In this document: in pieces, positions 44,266-55,598 of the stretch
Numbering within the stretch: the stretch's first letter is position 1
Layout: each line of letters starts with the position of its first letter
Assembly: GCA_041393395.1 (NCBI GenBank)
Contig: JAWKKG010000003.1
Coordinates: forward strand, 640,713 to 704,712
Direction: 5' to 3'
Source of the DNA: a bacterium
GTDB taxonomy: Bacteria > ARS69
DNA length: 64,000 nucleotides
Notes under the pieces: model-generated
The model's input: only the letters and a program-made list of their open reading frames with translations
Told to the model about the DNA's origin: nothing
The model's database searches: none
Position numbers and translations under genes: made by a program

Positions 44266-45380
44266 TTAGCGCCCGGCCTCGAACCGGCGACGCGTCTCGG
44301 CGAGCGTGTCCGCCCCGAAGGTTTCCAGGAAGGCCGCGGCGAGCTCGAACGCCACGACGGCCTCGCCGATCACGCTCGCGGCGGGGAGGGCGCAGATGTC
44401 GCTCCGCTCGTAGGCGGCGTCCTCGGCGTCCCCGGTGCGGAGATCCACGGAGCGCAGCCGACGGCCGAGAGTGGAGATCGGCTTCTTGGCGGCGCGCACG
44501 ATCAGCGTCTCGCCGTTCGTCATGCCGCCTTCGAGGCCGCCGGCGTGGTTCGAGGCGCGCCGGAAGCGGCTGCCCTCGCCGGGGAGGATCTCGTCGTGGG
44601 CCGCGGAGCCTCGCCGGCGGGCGACGTCGAACGCGTGCCCGATCTCCACGCCCTTCACCGCCTGGATGCCCACGATGGCGGCGGCGAGGCGCGCGTCGAG
44701 GCGATCCTCGCGACGGAAGCAAGAGCCGAGTCCGATCGGCAGCCCCGTCGCGCGCACCTCGAAGATTCCACCGAGCGTGTCGCCGTCGCGCCGCGCCGCG
44801 TCGACGGCGGCCTTCATCGCGTCCTCCGCGCGCGGGTCGGGGCAGTAGACGTCGCTCGCATCACGTCGCGCGACGAGCTCCGCGAGCGGGAGGTCGGAAT
44901 CCACTTCGCTCGCGACGTCGCCGAGTTCCGTCACGAAACCGGCGACCTCGATCCCGAATTCCGTGAGCAGCGCCGCCCCGAAAGCGCCGGCTGCCGTGCG
45001 CGCCGCGGTTTCCCGCGCGCTCGCGCGCTCCAGCACGGGTCGGCAGTCGTCCGTCTCCCACTTCACCGCGCCCGCGAGATCCGCGTGACCGGGCCGGGGG
45101 CGGTGGAGCGGCGGTGCCTCGTCGATGCGATGGTCGCGGTTCGGGATGCGGAGTGCGAGCGGTGAGCCGATCGTTCGGCCACGCAGCACGCCGCTCAGGA
45201 TCTCGATCTCGTCGCGTTCGATCTTCTGACGCCCGCCGCGCCCGTACCCGCCCTGGCGGCGGCGCAGCATGTCGTTCGCCCGCTCGAAGGGTACGTCGAG
45301 TCCGGCCGGCAGACCTTCGATCAGCGTGACGAGACACGCCCCGTGGCTCTCTCCGGCGGTGGAGAAGGTGAGGCGCGGCA
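44266..45380 (-). CDS. aroC: chorismate synthase
   Basis: GESHG, signature motifs of AroC; start overlaps trpF stop (TGATG). Confidence 0.9.
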
Positions 45381-46031
45381 TCAGGCGGGGCCGAGCGACT
45401 GCTCGTGCTCTCGGTCCGCCGCGCGCACCGCGTCGATGAACGCGCGGATGCGCTCCGCGCTCTTGAGGCCGGGCGAATCCTCGACACCGCTGGAAACGTC
45501 GACGCCGAACGGACGCACGGTGGCGATCGCATCCCCGACGTTCTCCGGCGTCAGGCCGCCGGCCAGGATCATTCGGCCCAGCTCCGCGGCCCGCCGGGCG
45601 AGCGACCAGTCGAAGCGCTCGCCGGTGCCGCCGGCGACGGTTGCAGACCAGGAGTCGAGCAGGAACGTCGGCTCGGCGCGCTCGCGGATCTCCTCGAGCA
45701 CTTCCTCGCCGCGGGCGCGGAACGCCTTGAGCACCCGGGTGCCGGCGAGTTCGCGCACCATCGGCTCCTCGAAGCCGTGCAGTTGCACGCGATCGATCTC
45801 CGTGGCCGCGATCACACCGGCCACCTTCGCCGGAGACTCGTCCACGAAGACTCCGACCCGGAGCACGTGGGGCGGCAGATCGCGAACGATCGCGCGGACG
45901 AGCTCCTCGGAGACGCGACGCGGCGACTCGGCGAACACGAAGCCGAGCGCGTCGGCGCCGGCCTCCGCCGCCACCAGCGCGTCTTCGAGGCGGGTGATCC
46001 CGCAGATCTTGATCCACGTACGGCGGGACAT
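45381..46031 (-). CDS. trpF: phosphoribosylanthranilate isomerase
   Basis: IKICGIT N-terminus, TIM-barrel PRAI motifs. Confidence 0.85.
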   Translation of the reverse strand: MSRRTWIKICGITRLEDALVAAEAGADALGFVFAESPRRVSEELVRAIVRDLPPHVLRVGVFVDESPAKVAGVIAATEIDRVQLHGFEEPMVRELAGTRVLKAFRARGEEVLEEIRERAEPTFLLDSWSATVAGGTGERFDWSLARRAAELGRMILAGGLTPENVGDAIATVRPFGVDVSSGVEDSPGLKSAERIRAFIDAVRAADREHEQSLGPA

Positions 46032-46213
46032 GGGCTCTCCAGCTCGGGGGGCACAGCGTAGGGGGGCAGCGCTATCCCTGTCAAACTTCGGCACTTAGGG
46101 GCGAGGAGTTGATTCCGGGGCGTTCTCAATCCTCGGGACCGGAATGCCGATGCCGAGAAAGGTCGCACCCGCATTGCGGGCCGGTTCCGCTCTCTCGGAG
46201 AAACGCACCAAGA

Positions 46214-48124
46214 ATGACCAGAGTTGCCCGCGTTCTGCTCGTCGAGGGCGAAGACGCCTTCCGCACTGCCCTCCAGACCCGCCTCGAGCAGGCCGGGCAC
46301 GAGGTGGCGTGCGCCCGTGATCCGGAGGAAGCCCGGGGACTCCTGAATGAGGGCCTGGTACCGGACGTCGTCGTGGCGGAGGTGCCGGGAGACGGTCTGC
46401 AGGCCATGCGGGAGCTCGCGCCGCTCGCGGCCCATCTGCGCATCGTGCGCGAGCGCGAGCCCTCCCACTCGAAGACGCTCGAGGAGGCGCCCGCGGAGGG
46501 CGGACTCGCCGAGTGCTCGGCGGACCCCGGCGAAGTACTCCGTCGTATCGAGGAAGTGCTGCTCGATCACTCGCGGATCGGCGCCGACGACACCGCCGAG
46601 CAGTGCCTCGACCTCGCGCGACGACTCTCGAACTCGCTGCCGAACGTCGCGGCCACGGAGCAGCGGATCGAGCTCATCACCGAGGCGTTCGACACGTTCT
46701 TCGGAGTCGAGGGATCGTACGTCGTGCGGCGCGGCGAGAGCCCGGACAGCTGGATCGAGGCGAGTCGCGGACTCGGCGCCGAGCTCGTGACCCGGATCGG
46801 GGAAGAGATCCTCCGTCGTTCCGCGCACCGGGACATCCGTCCGTTCCTCGCGCGTCTCGACGCAGCGGGCGCCACGCACGACGTCGCCTGTGCCGCCGTG
46901 AGCGTGGGGGAGGAGGAGATCGATCTCGCGCTCGTCCTGCGCTCCGCTCCGAGCGATCCCGCGCTGCGCGAGTCGTTGATGAACCTCGTGGGAGCGGCGC
47001 TGCGCGCGGCGATCCGCGTTTCCGAACTCGACCGGGCGCGTGCGCTCGTGGAGGCCCACCAGGAGAGTTTCCGTTCGCTGCTGCAGATGTCGCGCGAGCT
47101 GTCCGAGGTCGGAGGTCAGCGGGCGCTCGCGGAACGGATTCTCGCGATCCTGCACCGCGAACTCGGCATCCCGCGCGCCGCGCTCTTCGCGCCGCGCGAG
47201 AATCAGGGCATGCTCGATCTCGTCGCGTCCACGGGATTCCCCCGAGTGGCGCTCGAGCGGATCGGTCTCTCCGGATTCCACGGAGTCGGTCACGACTGTC
47301 TCGTCGCGAACGAGCTCGTGCGACTGTCGGAAGTCGACACGGAGGGAGTGGCTGCTCGCGAACTGTCGATCCTGTTCAAGGCCGGACTCAAGTGGTCGAT
47401 CGCGCTCTCGCACGACGGTCGCGCGCTCGGACTCCTGTTCTTCGGCTCGCGCGAGGACCACTCCGGATTCCCGGAAGGCGATCGCCAGGTGCTCTACGCG
47501 CTGCGCGAGGCGACCGTGGTGGCGTTGCGGAACCTGCAGCGCATGGAAGAGCTGCGCTCTCTCGCGCTTCGCTCCCTGCGGGGACTCGTCGCCGCCACGG
47601 AGCTGCGCCATCCGGTCGACCGCGGGCATGCGGAGCGCGTCACGCGGGATGCCGTGGTCGCCGGTCGCGCGCTCGGACTCTCGGCCGTGGAACTGCGCGA
47701 CCTGGCGTACGGCGCGATGCTGCACGACGTGGGCAAGCTCGCGCTCGGGGACGAAGAGGGATCGCGGCAGCGTCTCCATCCCGTGGCCGGATCCCGGATC
47801 CTGGCAGGGGCGAACCCGGGAGCCGTGGTCGTGCAGATCGTGGAGCAGCATCACGAACGCGTCGACGGTCTCGGCCATCCCTACGGTTTGCGGGGCGACG
47901 GGATTCATCGACTCGCGCGCCTCGTCAGCGTGGCCGACGCGTTCGATCACATGATTCACCGGCAGGGTCTCGAACGAGATCAGGCGCTGGAGCGGCTGGA
48001 GCGCGGAGCCGGTCTCGTGTGGGACCCGGGAATGGTCGCGTTGTTCAGTGCCGAGGTCGGCCGGAATCCGTCCGAGTCGAAGTCGGACGAGAACTGGCTG
48101 GAAGAACTGATCGGAGCGTACTGA
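46214..48124 (+). CDS. response regulator with REC-GAF-HD-GYP domains (c-di-GMP phosphodiesterase type)
   Basis: N-terminal receiver with phospho-acceptor Asp context; central GAF-like; C-terminal HD (HDVGK) and HHERVDGLGHPYGL (HD-GYP variant). Confidence 0.8.
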   Translation: MTRVARVLLVEGEDAFRTALQTRLEQAGHEVACARDPEEARGLLNEGLVPDVVVAEVPGDGLQAMRELAPLAAHLRIVREREPSHSKTLEEAPAEGGLAECSADPGEVLRRIEEVLLDHSRIGADDTAEQCLDLARRLSNSLPNVAATEQRIELITEAFDTFFGVEGSYVVRRGESPDSWIEASRGLGAELVTRIGEEILRRSAHRDIRPFLARLDAAGATHDVACAAVSVGEEEIDLALVLRSAPSDPALRESLMNLVGAALRAAIRVSELDRARALVEAHQESFRSLLQMSRELSEVGGQRALAERILAILHRELGIPRAALFAPRENQGMLDLVASTGFPRVALERIGLSGFHGVGHDCLVANELVRLSEVDTEGVAARELSILFKAGLKWSIALSHDGRALGLLFFGSREDHSGFPEGDRQVLYALREATVVALRNLQRMEELRSLALRSLRGLVAATELRHPVDRGHAERVTRDAVVAGRALGLSAVELRDLAYGAMLHDVGKLALGDEEGSRQRLHPVAGSRILAGANPGAVVVQIVEQHHERVDGLGHPYGLRGDGIHRLARLVSVADAFDHMIHRQGLERDQALERLERGAGLVWDPGMVALFSAEVGRNPSESKSDENWLEELIGAY

Positions 48125-48165
48125 GCCGCGGGAACGCGAGCTCGCGCTTCTTCTGGGAGGCGGTC

Positions 48166-48972
48166 ATGGCGCACGTGCTCGTCGTCGAGGACGTGAAATT
48201 CATCTCGAGAATGCTCGCCGAGATCCTGCGCAAGGCGGGGCACGACGTGGAGGTCGCCGTCGACGGGCGCGAGGCGATCGGCAAGATCGCGGCGCGCCGT
48301 CCCGACCTCGTGCTCCTCGACGTGTCGATGCCGGAAGTCGACGGGCTCGAGGTCGCCGCGACACTGAAGCAGGACCCCGGCACGTCCGCGCTGCCGGTCA
48401 TCATGGTCACCGCCCGGACCGACGAGGCCACCCGCACCGAGGCGAAGAAGCTCGGCGTGGCCGGTTTCGTGCGCAAGCCGTTCGAGACGGCGACTCTGCT
48501 CCGCGAGGTTTCCGATGCACTCGACCAGGCGCCGCCGCCCCCGGAGGAGTCGATCGGACCTTCTCCGAGCGTGTCTGCGGCGTCGAACGTCGTGTCGGCT
48601 CCCGCGCAGCCCGTGCCTCGGGCCGCAGAGGAACCCGCGCCGTCACCCGGCAGTCACCGGCTGATTCCCGGTGTCGACATCGTGGAGCATCCCAAGGCGC
48701 TCGTGGTGCGTCTCGAGATCGATCGGATCGCCGACGAGCTCTTCGTCAGTCTGGAACCGGAGCTCGCGAAGTCGGCGCGGGGCGTCCTCGTGGACTGGCG
48801 CGCCCCCTCCGTCGTCGGCGAGCACGAAGTCCGTTCGTTCGCCGAGCTCGCGGCCAAGCTGGCCACGGAGAACCGCGCGCTCCGCGTGGCGAACGCGCCG
48901 GAGCAAGTGGTGCGCGCGTTCGAGGCCGGCGGTCAGGCCGCGCTTCTGCTCCGGACCGGCCGCGCGGGTTGA
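48166..48972 (+). CDS. response regulator receiver fused to STAS (anti-sigma-antagonist-like) domain
   Basis: GGGAGG before ATG; REC (LVVEDV...LLDVSMPEVDG...KPF); C-terminal STAS-like. Confidence 0.75.
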   Translation: MAHVLVVEDVKFISRMLAEILRKAGHDVEVAVDGREAIGKIAARRPDLVLLDVSMPEVDGLEVAATLKQDPGTSALPVIMVTARTDEATRTEAKKLGVAGFVRKPFETATLLREVSDALDQAPPPPEESIGPSPSVSAASNVVSAPAQPVPRAAEEPAPSPGSHRLIPGVDIVEHPKALVVRLEIDRIADELFVSLEPELAKSARGVLVDWRAPSVVGEHEVRSFAELAAKLATENRALRVANAPEQVVRAFEAGGQAALLLRTGRAG

Positions 48973-48994
48973 CCCCGGGGCCGGCCGTCGCGAA

Positions 48995-51058
48995 TCAGAA
49001 CAGCTTCTTCTTGATCGTGACGGACTCGATCTTGTCCTCGGCGAGGATCGAGTCGACGATTTCCTGACCCTTCGTGACCTTGCCGAACACCGTGTAGCGA
49101 CCGTCGAGGTGCGGCTGGGCGGAGTGGGTGATGAAGAACTGCGATCCGCCGGTGTCCTTGCCGGCGTGGGCCATCCCCACGGTGCCGCGCTCGTAGGGAA
49201 CGCGACTGTACTCGCAGCGGATCTCGTAACCCGGATTGCCCCAGCCGTTTCCGATCGGGCATCCGCCCTGGATCACGAAGTCCGGCACCACGCGGTGGAA
49301 CTCCAGACCGTCGTAGAATCCCTTCTCTGCGAGCTGCACGAAGTTCTGCACGGTGCGTGGCGCGACCTGATTCAGGAGCTCGATTTCGATCTCGCCCTTC
49401 TCGGTCGCGAGCACCGCCGTGTACCGCCCGGGGCGCGCCTTCAGGTAGCTCTCGTCGAGCGGAACCGGATCCCCCGGCAACGGACCGGGCGGCGCGATCG
49501 CGGGTCGCGGCTGCCCGACCTTCTCGAGGGAGCGCGCCGCGGCGTCGCGAACGCGCCACTCGGGATCGTTCACGAGTTCGTTCAGCACCCGCACCGCGTC
49601 CGCGTTGTCCGGGAAGTTGCCGAGCCCCTCGGCGATCTCGAGCCGGATGTCCGGCTCGGTGGCCACGTCGGGATCCTTCGCCAGCACTTCGCCGAAGATC
49701 CGCGGCGTGTTCTCCCGATGGTTCTTCGCCTCGGTCGTGTCGCTCGGAGTCATTTCGGCGAGGCCGTGGATGGCGGCCGCCGTGACGAGCGGATGGATGG
49801 TGCTCAACGCCGTGAGCAGGTTCTTGCTCTTCCAGGCCGAGTCGAACGCCCCGGAGTGGTACGCCGCCACGATCTTCTCGGTGATCGGCGCCTCCGGATT
49901 GAGAAGACGTCCGGCCATGTAGAACGAGACCGCACCGCGCCACTGGAACAGCGGCAGTCCGTCCGGCATGCGACGCGACGCGTCGGCGAAGCTCTCGTAC
50001 GCGGCGGCCACGACGTACTGACTGGAATCGCCGCACGCCGTGAAGTGCTCGGCGATCGACGTCTTCCGCTCTTCCTGTCCCACGGCGAGCACCTTCATCG
50101 TGGCGGCGCGGACCTGCGGCTCGGGGTCGGACACGAGCGGGAACAACACGTCGTCCTTCTTGTAGTGGTAGGGCACTTTCTCGAGCCCGCTCGCGGCGGC
50201 GGCGCGCACGAGCGCGTTGTCGTCCTTCGCGAGGATGGCGAGGCCGGCCAGCGCCTCGACCTGCTCCGTGGCGCCGAGCGCCGCCGCGAGCTGCACACGT
50301 ACGCGCCAGTCGGGGTCGCGCGCGAGCAAGGCGAGCTTCTCGGCCCTCTCCGGCGACTTCAGGCCGACCCGCGCGAGGGCGCCGAGGGCGGCGTGACGTA
50401 CTTCCGGGTCGGAGTCGCTGGTGAGCGCGAACAGACGCTCCGCGAGCTCGTGCCCGCGGAGGCGGCCGGCGGCCCAGGCCGCCGCGGTCCGCACCGTCGC
50501 GTCCGGGTCCGAGAGGAGCGGCGCGAGGTTTCCGGCGGCCACGCTGTCCGCGGTGGATGCCAAGGCGAGCGCGGATTGCCGTCTCACTTCCGCCGACGGG
50601 TCCGCGAGAAACGGCAGCACGGACTCAGCCGACGAGTCCCCGCTCAGCCGCCCGAGCGAACGGATCGCCTGGGATCGCTCCTCCACCGAAGCATTCGACG
50701 CGGCGACACGTCGCAGGGCGTCGCGACCGTCTTCCGATCCGATCAGTCCGAGTGCGAACAGTGTCTCCAGCCGCACCTCGGCATCGGAGTCCTCGAGCGC
50801 TGCGACGAGCGCCGGCACCGCCGACTCGTATCCGTTGCGGCCCAGCGCGAGGGCCGCCGCCGCGCGCGTCTCGGGTTGATCGTCGCGCAGCAGTTGCTCG
50901 AGACGCCCGTCGCCGTTCGAGCGGCGGTCCTCGAGGTTCGAGATCTCGAGCAGCACGCCGGTGTCGCGACGCGCGGCGGCCTCCGGGGCGGGCGCGAGAA
51001 CGAGAGCGGCCAGCGCGAACGGCGCGAGCCGGGACGGGTGCGTCGAAAACGAGAACAT
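48995..51058 (-). CDS. secreted HEAT/PBS-lyase-repeat protein fused to C-terminal cyclophilin-type peptidyl-prolyl isomerase
   Basis: Signal peptide; >10 HEAT-like repeats (DPD/SxVR motifs); C-terminal cyclophilin ([28 protein letters not shown]). Confidence 0.75.
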   Translation of the reverse strand: MFSFSTHPSRLAPFALAALVLAPAPEAAARRDTGVLLEISNLEDRRSNGDGRLEQLLRDDQPETRAAAALALGRNGYESAVPALVAALEDSDAEVRLETLFALGLIGSEDGRDALRRVAASNASVEERSQAIRSLGRLSGDSSAESVLPFLADPSAEVRRQSALALASTADSVAAGNLAPLLSDPDATVRTAAAWAAGRLRGHELAERLFALTSDSDPEVRHAALGALARVGLKSPERAEKLALLARDPDWRVRVQLAAALGATEQVEALAGLAILAKDDNALVRAAAASGLEKVPYHYKKDDVLFPLVSDPEPQVRAATMKVLAVGQEERKTSIAEHFTACGDSSQYVVAAAYESFADASRRMPDGLPLFQWRGAVSFYMAGRLLNPEAPITEKIVAAYHSGAFDSAWKSKNLLTALSTIHPLVTAAAIHGLAEMTPSDTTEAKNHRENTPRIFGEVLAKDPDVATEPDIRLEIAEGLGNFPDNADAVRVLNELVNDPEWRVRDAAARSLEKVGQPRPAIAPPGPLPGDPVPLDESYLKARPGRYTAVLATEKGEIEIELLNQVAPRTVQNFVQLAEKGFYDGLEFHRVVPDFVIQGGCPIGNGWGNPGYEIRCEYSRVPYERGTVGMAHAGKDTGGSQFFITHSAQPHLDGRYTVFGKVTKGQEIVDSILAEDKIESVTIKKKLF

Positions 51059-51098
51059 CGCTACTCCGGTCGATCGAAGGGCAAGGTCTTTGGGCGAA

Positions 51099-51740
51099 TC
51101 AGATGGAATCCGAGTCTTCGGCGGCGTCGCCTTCGTCCAGCAGTTCCTTCACGTCGCGCTCGAACACCTGGGGCGGCTGCAAGCCGACGTAGCGCTTGCG
51201 GATCCGTCCCTCGCGGTCGACCAGGAACGCGGTCGGGATGCTGCGGATGCCGCCGTAGAGCTGCACGGTCTTCGCGTCCGCCATCACGAGGCGGTAGTTC
51301 ATCTCGGTCTTCTGCGCGAACGCGCGCACCAGGTCGGCACCACTCGTGTTCGAGTTGCCGCGATCGACCGAGATGCCCACGATCTCGAGCCCGCTGTCTC
51401 CGTGCTCGGCGACGAGCGAGTTGAGATGAGGAATGCCCTTGCGGCACGGGCCGCACCACGTCGCCCAGAAATCGAGCAGCACGACCTTTCCGCGCAGCTC
51501 GGAGAGTTTCAGCGTGCCGCCGTCGAGGTCGGCGAGGTCGAACTCGGGCGCCATCTGGAAGTCGCGGGCCGCATCGACGGCCGACGCATTCGGCGCCGCC
51601 TTCGCGACGGGCTGCTCGGAGGCGGCCGTACCCTCGGCGCTCGCCGACCGCGTGTCCCCACGATCACAGCTCGCGCTGCCCGACAGGCCGACGGCGATCA
51701 CCCAACCGATGAGGAGGGGCAGGACGGAAAGACGCTTCAT
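51099..51740 (-). CDS. TlpA/ResA-family thiol:disulfide oxidoreductase lipoprotein
   Basis: Signal peptide + Cys; WATWCGPCR active site; overlaps upstream stop (ATGA). Confidence 0.8.
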   Translation of the reverse strand: MKRLSVLPLLIGWVIAVGLSGSASCDRGDTRSASAEGTAASEQPVAKAAPNASAVDAARDFQMAPEFDLADLDGGTLKLSELRGKVVLLDFWATWCGPCRKGIPHLNSLVAEHGDSGLEIVGISVDRGNSNTSGADLVRAFAQKTEMNYRLVMADAKTVQLYGGIRSIPTAFLVDREGRIRKRYVGLQPPQVFERDVKELLDEGDAAEDSDSI

Positions 51741-52918
51741 GGATTTCTCCCGTGATTCGAGGTGACGGCTTCGGACGCCGAGCCGGATGCGGCCGAGCGC
51801 CGGACCAGGAGCGGCAGGATTCGGAGGACTTCCACGATCTCGGACTCCCGTGACGTTCGTCCGAGGGAAAAACGGAGCGAGGCGCCGGCCAGCTCGCGCG
51901 TGCGGCCCATGGCCAGCAGCACGTGCGACGGATCGGAGGCGCCCGCGTTGCAGGCGGCGCCCGTGGAGACCGCGACTCCTTCCAGGTCCAGGGCGATCAT
52001 GAGCGACTCGCCGTCCTGTCCCGGGAGAGAGACGTTGCTCGTGTTCGGAAGCCGGGGCGCGTCGAGTCCGTTGATCACCGCCTCCGGGAACGCCTCCCGG
52101 ATCCCGGCCTCGAGCCGGTCTCGAAGGGCCGCCAAGCGGATTCCCTCGGTCGAGAGCTCCTCGTGCGCCAGTTCCGCCGCCTTCCCGAACCCCACGATTC
52201 CCGGAAGGTTCTCGGTGCCGGGCCGGACCCGACGCTCCTGCCCGCCCCCGGTCTGGAGCGGGGTCAGGCGGACGTCCGGCGACAGCACGAGCGCCCCGCA
52301 GCCCTTCGGCCCCCCCAGCTTGTGGGCGGAGATGGAAAGCAGGTCGACCGGGAGCGTGGCGAGATCCAGCGGGACCTTGCCGAAGGCCTGGACCGCGTCG
52401 GAATGAAACGGCACCCCGTGCTCCCGGCAAACGCCGCCGAGGCTCGCGAGATCCGCGAGCACTCCCGTTTCGTTGTTCGCGGCCATGATCGAGACCAGCG
52501 CCGTTTCGGGCCGCAGGGCCTCGCGAAGCGCATTCGCCTCGATCCGGCCGTCGGACTCCACCGGGAGGATCGTCAGTTCGACGTCGCCGTTCGCGGCGAG
52601 GTGCTCGGCCGTTTGGAGAACCGCCTCGTGCTCGGTCGCGCCCACGATCAGATGGCGCCCGCGCCCCGCGCCGAGTGCCCCGCGGAGCGCGAGGTTGTCC
52701 GCCTCGGTGCCCCCGGAGGTGAAACAGATCCGATCCGGCCGAACTCCGAGCGCCGCGGCGACCCTCTCGCGTGCGAGCTCGCGGGAGCGGCGCGCCTCCT
52801 GGCCCCAGGCGTGTCGGCTCGACGGGTTTCCGGGCGGCCCCCCGAGCGACTCCGCCATCGCCTCCCCGACTTCGGGGCGAACGGGCGTGGTGGCATTGTG
52901 ATCGAGGTAGATGCCCAA
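51737..52918 (-). CDS. cysteine desulfurase (class V aminotransferase, IscS/NifS-like)
   Basis: IYLDHNATTP, PLP-Lys SISAHKLGGPKG, active Cys loop STGAACNAG; TTG start after GAGAGGA. Confidence 0.85.
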   Translation of the reverse strand: MGIYLDHNATTPVRPEVGEAMAESLGGPPGNPSSRHAWGQEARRSRELARERVAAALGVRPDRICFTSGGTEADNLALRGALGAGRGRHLIVGATEHEAVLQTAEHLAANGDVELTILPVESDGRIEANALREALRPETALVSIMAANNETGVLADLASLGGVCREHGVPFHSDAVQAFGKVPLDLATLPVDLLSISAHKLGGPKGCGALVLSPDVRLTPLQTGGGQERRVRPGTENLPGIVGFGKAAELAHEELSTEGIRLAALRDRLEAGIREAFPEAVINGLDAPRLPNTSNVSLPGQDGESLMIALDLEGVAVSTGAACNAGASDPSHVLLAMGRTRELAGASLRFSLGRTSRESEIVEVLRILPLLVRRSAASGSASEAVTSNHGRNP

Positions 52919-53183
52919 TCGGAGTCCTCTCACGGGGCGCTGTCGCGTCGTCGTGGTCTGGGATGCGGCCCGGACCGGGAAGGGTGCCAGAGCGCGCCCT
53001 CCGAGTCCAGAGGGGGCATGCCGGCTCCGGCGGGGCCGGGCCGGAGCTCTCGATGAGAGTCGTCGAATCGCCCGTTTTCGCCGGTTCTGATCGATCCCGA
53101 GAATTTCTTTTCCTTTCCTCGGGGGATGTTGTAGGATTTCTGCTGGGCGTTTTCCGCTCGTCACCTAGCGCTGGGGCAAGACT

Positions 53184-54287
53184 TTGAACAGCTCTGCGGT
53201 CACTGCGGCCCTCGAGTTCCTCGCCAGAACGGACGTCCCGCCGGTACGCCTGCACGCGGCCCGTACCCTGGGCAGCCCCCGGCGGTTCGGGACCATCAAG
53301 TTGCTGCGGGAGGAAGCCGCCCGGGACATGTTCGCCCGTGACGTCCGGGAGCTGTTCCTGCTGCCGTACGCCGAGGCTTGGAAGACGGATCGCCTGCGTG
53401 GACCGGCCGCGGCGATTCTCGGTCCGGTACTTTCGGGGAACGGCTCCGTCGCTCTCGACGCGCTGATCGCCCGGGGCTGCCTCGAACCGTCGCCGGCCGT
53501 GGACATCCTCCTGGACGGAATGCTGGAGCGCGCCCACCCCCGGGGCTATTTCTTCGAGCCGCACGAGCGCACCGCCGCGGAGACTGCGGCCGGGCGTCCG
53601 TCCGAGCTCGATTTCCTCGCCGTTACCGCGGCCTACCTGCGGTATCTCGTCGTGTTCGGACGGGGGCGTGATTCCCGCGTGCGTGACGGGTTCGACTGGC
53701 TCGTGAATCACCAGGACTCCGACGGCGCCTGGCGGCACCACGCGCCCCGGCACGGACTCGAGAGCTATCTCCTCACGCGGCGGGTGGCCGAGGCGTTCGC
53801 GGTCTTGCCGGCGACCGCCCTCAAGCGATGGGGTGGCGCGCGACGTCGACTGGCCGGCGCCTGGTCGGCCCGGATTCTCGCGAACTGCGACGATCCGGAC
53901 GCGGTGCTGCCGCACCTGAACGTCGCGCCGGATCCGCGCGCACGGCGACGGAGCGGTGCGCAGCTCGAGCTGCCTGCCTCGCTGACGGATCGCGTGCTGT
54001 ACTTCGCACTCGAGGATCTCGCGCTCGCGCTGGAGATCGGCGCCTCGCCGAAGCAGGACCATCTCGCCGTGTGGATCGAGTGGCTGCGCGATTCGCAGCT
54101 CACCGACGGCTCGTGGCGACTCGGCAATCCGTCGCTCCGCGAGCGACTGCTCCTCTCCGATCCGAACGGCCGTCTGCGCGCGGAGGCGCTCTACCTCACG
54201 GACGAGTGGATCACGCTGCGGGCCGCGCAGGTGATGCGGGCCGTGCAGCCTCGTTCGCGCGTGCGCGCCGCCGTCCCCGTCGAATAG
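53184..54287 (+). CDS. prenyltransferase/squalene-oxidase-repeat (alpha-alpha toroid) protein; start uncertain
   Basis: QxxxGxW motifs (HQDSDGAW, SQLTDGSW); no signal peptide seen. Confidence 0.5.
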   Translation: MNSSAVTAALEFLARTDVPPVRLHAARTLGSPRRFGTIKLLREEAARDMFARDVRELFLLPYAEAWKTDRLRGPAAAILGPVLSGNGSVALDALIARGCLEPSPAVDILLDGMLERAHPRGYFFEPHERTAAETAAGRPSELDFLAVTAAYLRYLVVFGRGRDSRVRDGFDWLVNHQDSDGAWRHHAPRHGLESYLLTRRVAEAFAVLPATALKRWGGARRRLAGAWSARILANCDDPDAVLPHLNVAPDPRARRRSGAQLELPASLTDRVLYFALEDLALALEIGASPKQDHLAVWIEWLRDSQLTDGSWRLGNPSLRERLLLSDPNGRLRAEALYLTDEWITLRAAQVMRAVQPRSRVRAAVPVE

Positions 54288-54296
54288 ACTGCGGCG

Positions 54297-55598
54297 GTGA
54301 CGTCGCCCCTCTTCTCGATCGCGGCCGCGTTCGTGGTGCTCGGCGTGGCCGGCTATGCCACGCTGGATGCGCCCGCCGCTGCCTATCCGCGGCTGATGGC
54401 CTTCGTGGCGCTCGCCTCCGTCGGCTGGTTGCTGGCGCGGCACGCCGCGCGTTCCCAGCCCGAGCGCTCGGCGCCGCTGGGGTTGATCCTGGGCCTCGCG
54501 CTGGCCGCCCGACTGCTCGTCGTCGTCCCGTACGAACCCCTCTCCGACGATCTGTACCGCTACCTCTGGGACGGTCGCGTGGCGAACGCCGGGATCGACC
54601 CCTTCGCGCACCCGCCCGCGAGCCCCGAGCTGGCGGGACTACGCGACGACGAGATCTGGCCGCGCGTGAACCACCCGGAAGTTCCCACGATCTATCCCGC
54701 CGTCGCGCAGCTCGCGTTCCGGGCGCTCGACGCCGCCGGCGGCGATCCGCGTTCGCCGCGCGCGCTCGCGGCGTTCGCGGATTTCGCCACGACGACCCTG
54801 CTCGTGGGGTTGCTCCGTCGACGCGGTCGACCGGGGGGGCTCGCGGTCGTCGCGGCCTGGTGTCCGCTCGCGATTCTCGAATCCGGGGGCGGCGGCCACG
54901 TCGACGCGCTCGGCGTGTTCCTGCTCGTGGCGTCGCTCGCCCTCGACGGCGGGACGCGCGCACGCACGCTCGCGGCCGGCTTCCTGCTCGGAGCCTCGAT
55001 CCTCGTGAAGCCCGTCGCGGTGTTCCTGCTGCCGGCGTTCGCGCTCGCCCGGCCGCGCGGCGGGCGCCTGCTCTGGGTGATCGGTGGCCTGGCCGCACTC
55101 GCGCTCGTGTTCCTGCACGCCGACGCCGGCGCGAAGATGTTCACCGGTTTCCGGACCTACGCGGAGAACTGGCGCTTCCACGATCTCGTCTACGGTCCGC
55201 TCGTGCGACTCGGATTCGGTCCGCGCGGCGCTCGCATCGTTCTCGCGGCCGCACTCGGGATCGCGTCGATCGTCGTGCCGCTGCGGGTTCGCGATCCGCT
55301 CGCGGCAGGCGGGATCGTCGTCGCCCTCCTGCTCGCGCTCTCGCCGACGGTGCATCCGTGGTACGCGCTGTGGCTGGTGCCGTTCGTGCCGTTCCTGCCG
55401 CGCGCGCTCGAGGTCGGCGCCACGACGTTTCTGCTGTTCCTGCCGGTCGTGTACGCGTCGGCGTGGACGCTGATTCGCACGGGAGAGTGGACGGAGCCGC
55501 TCTGGAGTCACGTGCTGGGCTGGGGGCCCGCGCTGCTGGTCACCGCGTGGGCGGGGTGGCGGCAGGCGTCGACGTCGCGGCGAGCTGGGAACGGATGA
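54297..55598 (+). CDS. GT-C-fold membrane glycosyltransferase (DUF2029/PMT_2-like, polyprenyl-phosphate-sugar dependent)
   Basis: ~11 TM helices; first-loop acidic motif ([12 protein letters not shown]); GTG start. Confidence 0.6.
   Translation: MTSPLFSIAAAFVVLGVAGYATLDAPAAAYPRLMAFVALASVGWLLARHAARSQPERSAPLGLILGLALAARLLVVVPYEPLSDDLYRYLWDGRVANAGIDPFAHPPASPELAGLRDDEIWPRVNHPEVPTIYPAVAQLAFRALDAAGGDPRSPRALAAFADFATTTLLVGLLRRRGRPGGLAVVAAWCPLAILESGGGGHVDALGVFLLVASLALDGGTRARTLAAGFLLGASILVKPVAVFLLPAFALARPRGGRLLWVIGGLAALALVFLHADAGAKMFTGFRTYAENWRFHDLVYGPLVRLGFGPRGARIVLAAALGIASIVVPLRVRDPLAAGGIVVALLLALSPTVHPWYALWLVPFVPFLPRALEVGATTFLLFLPVVYASAWTLIRTGEWTEPLWSHVLGWGPALLVTAWAGWRQASTSRRAGNG

Noticed and set aside
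52919-54611. Upstream part of 1170-aa minus ORF (51099..54611)
   Set aside because: Only the C-terminal 214 aa (TlpA-like, with its own RBS/ATG and signal peptide) are coding; the rest is antisense to plus-strand genes
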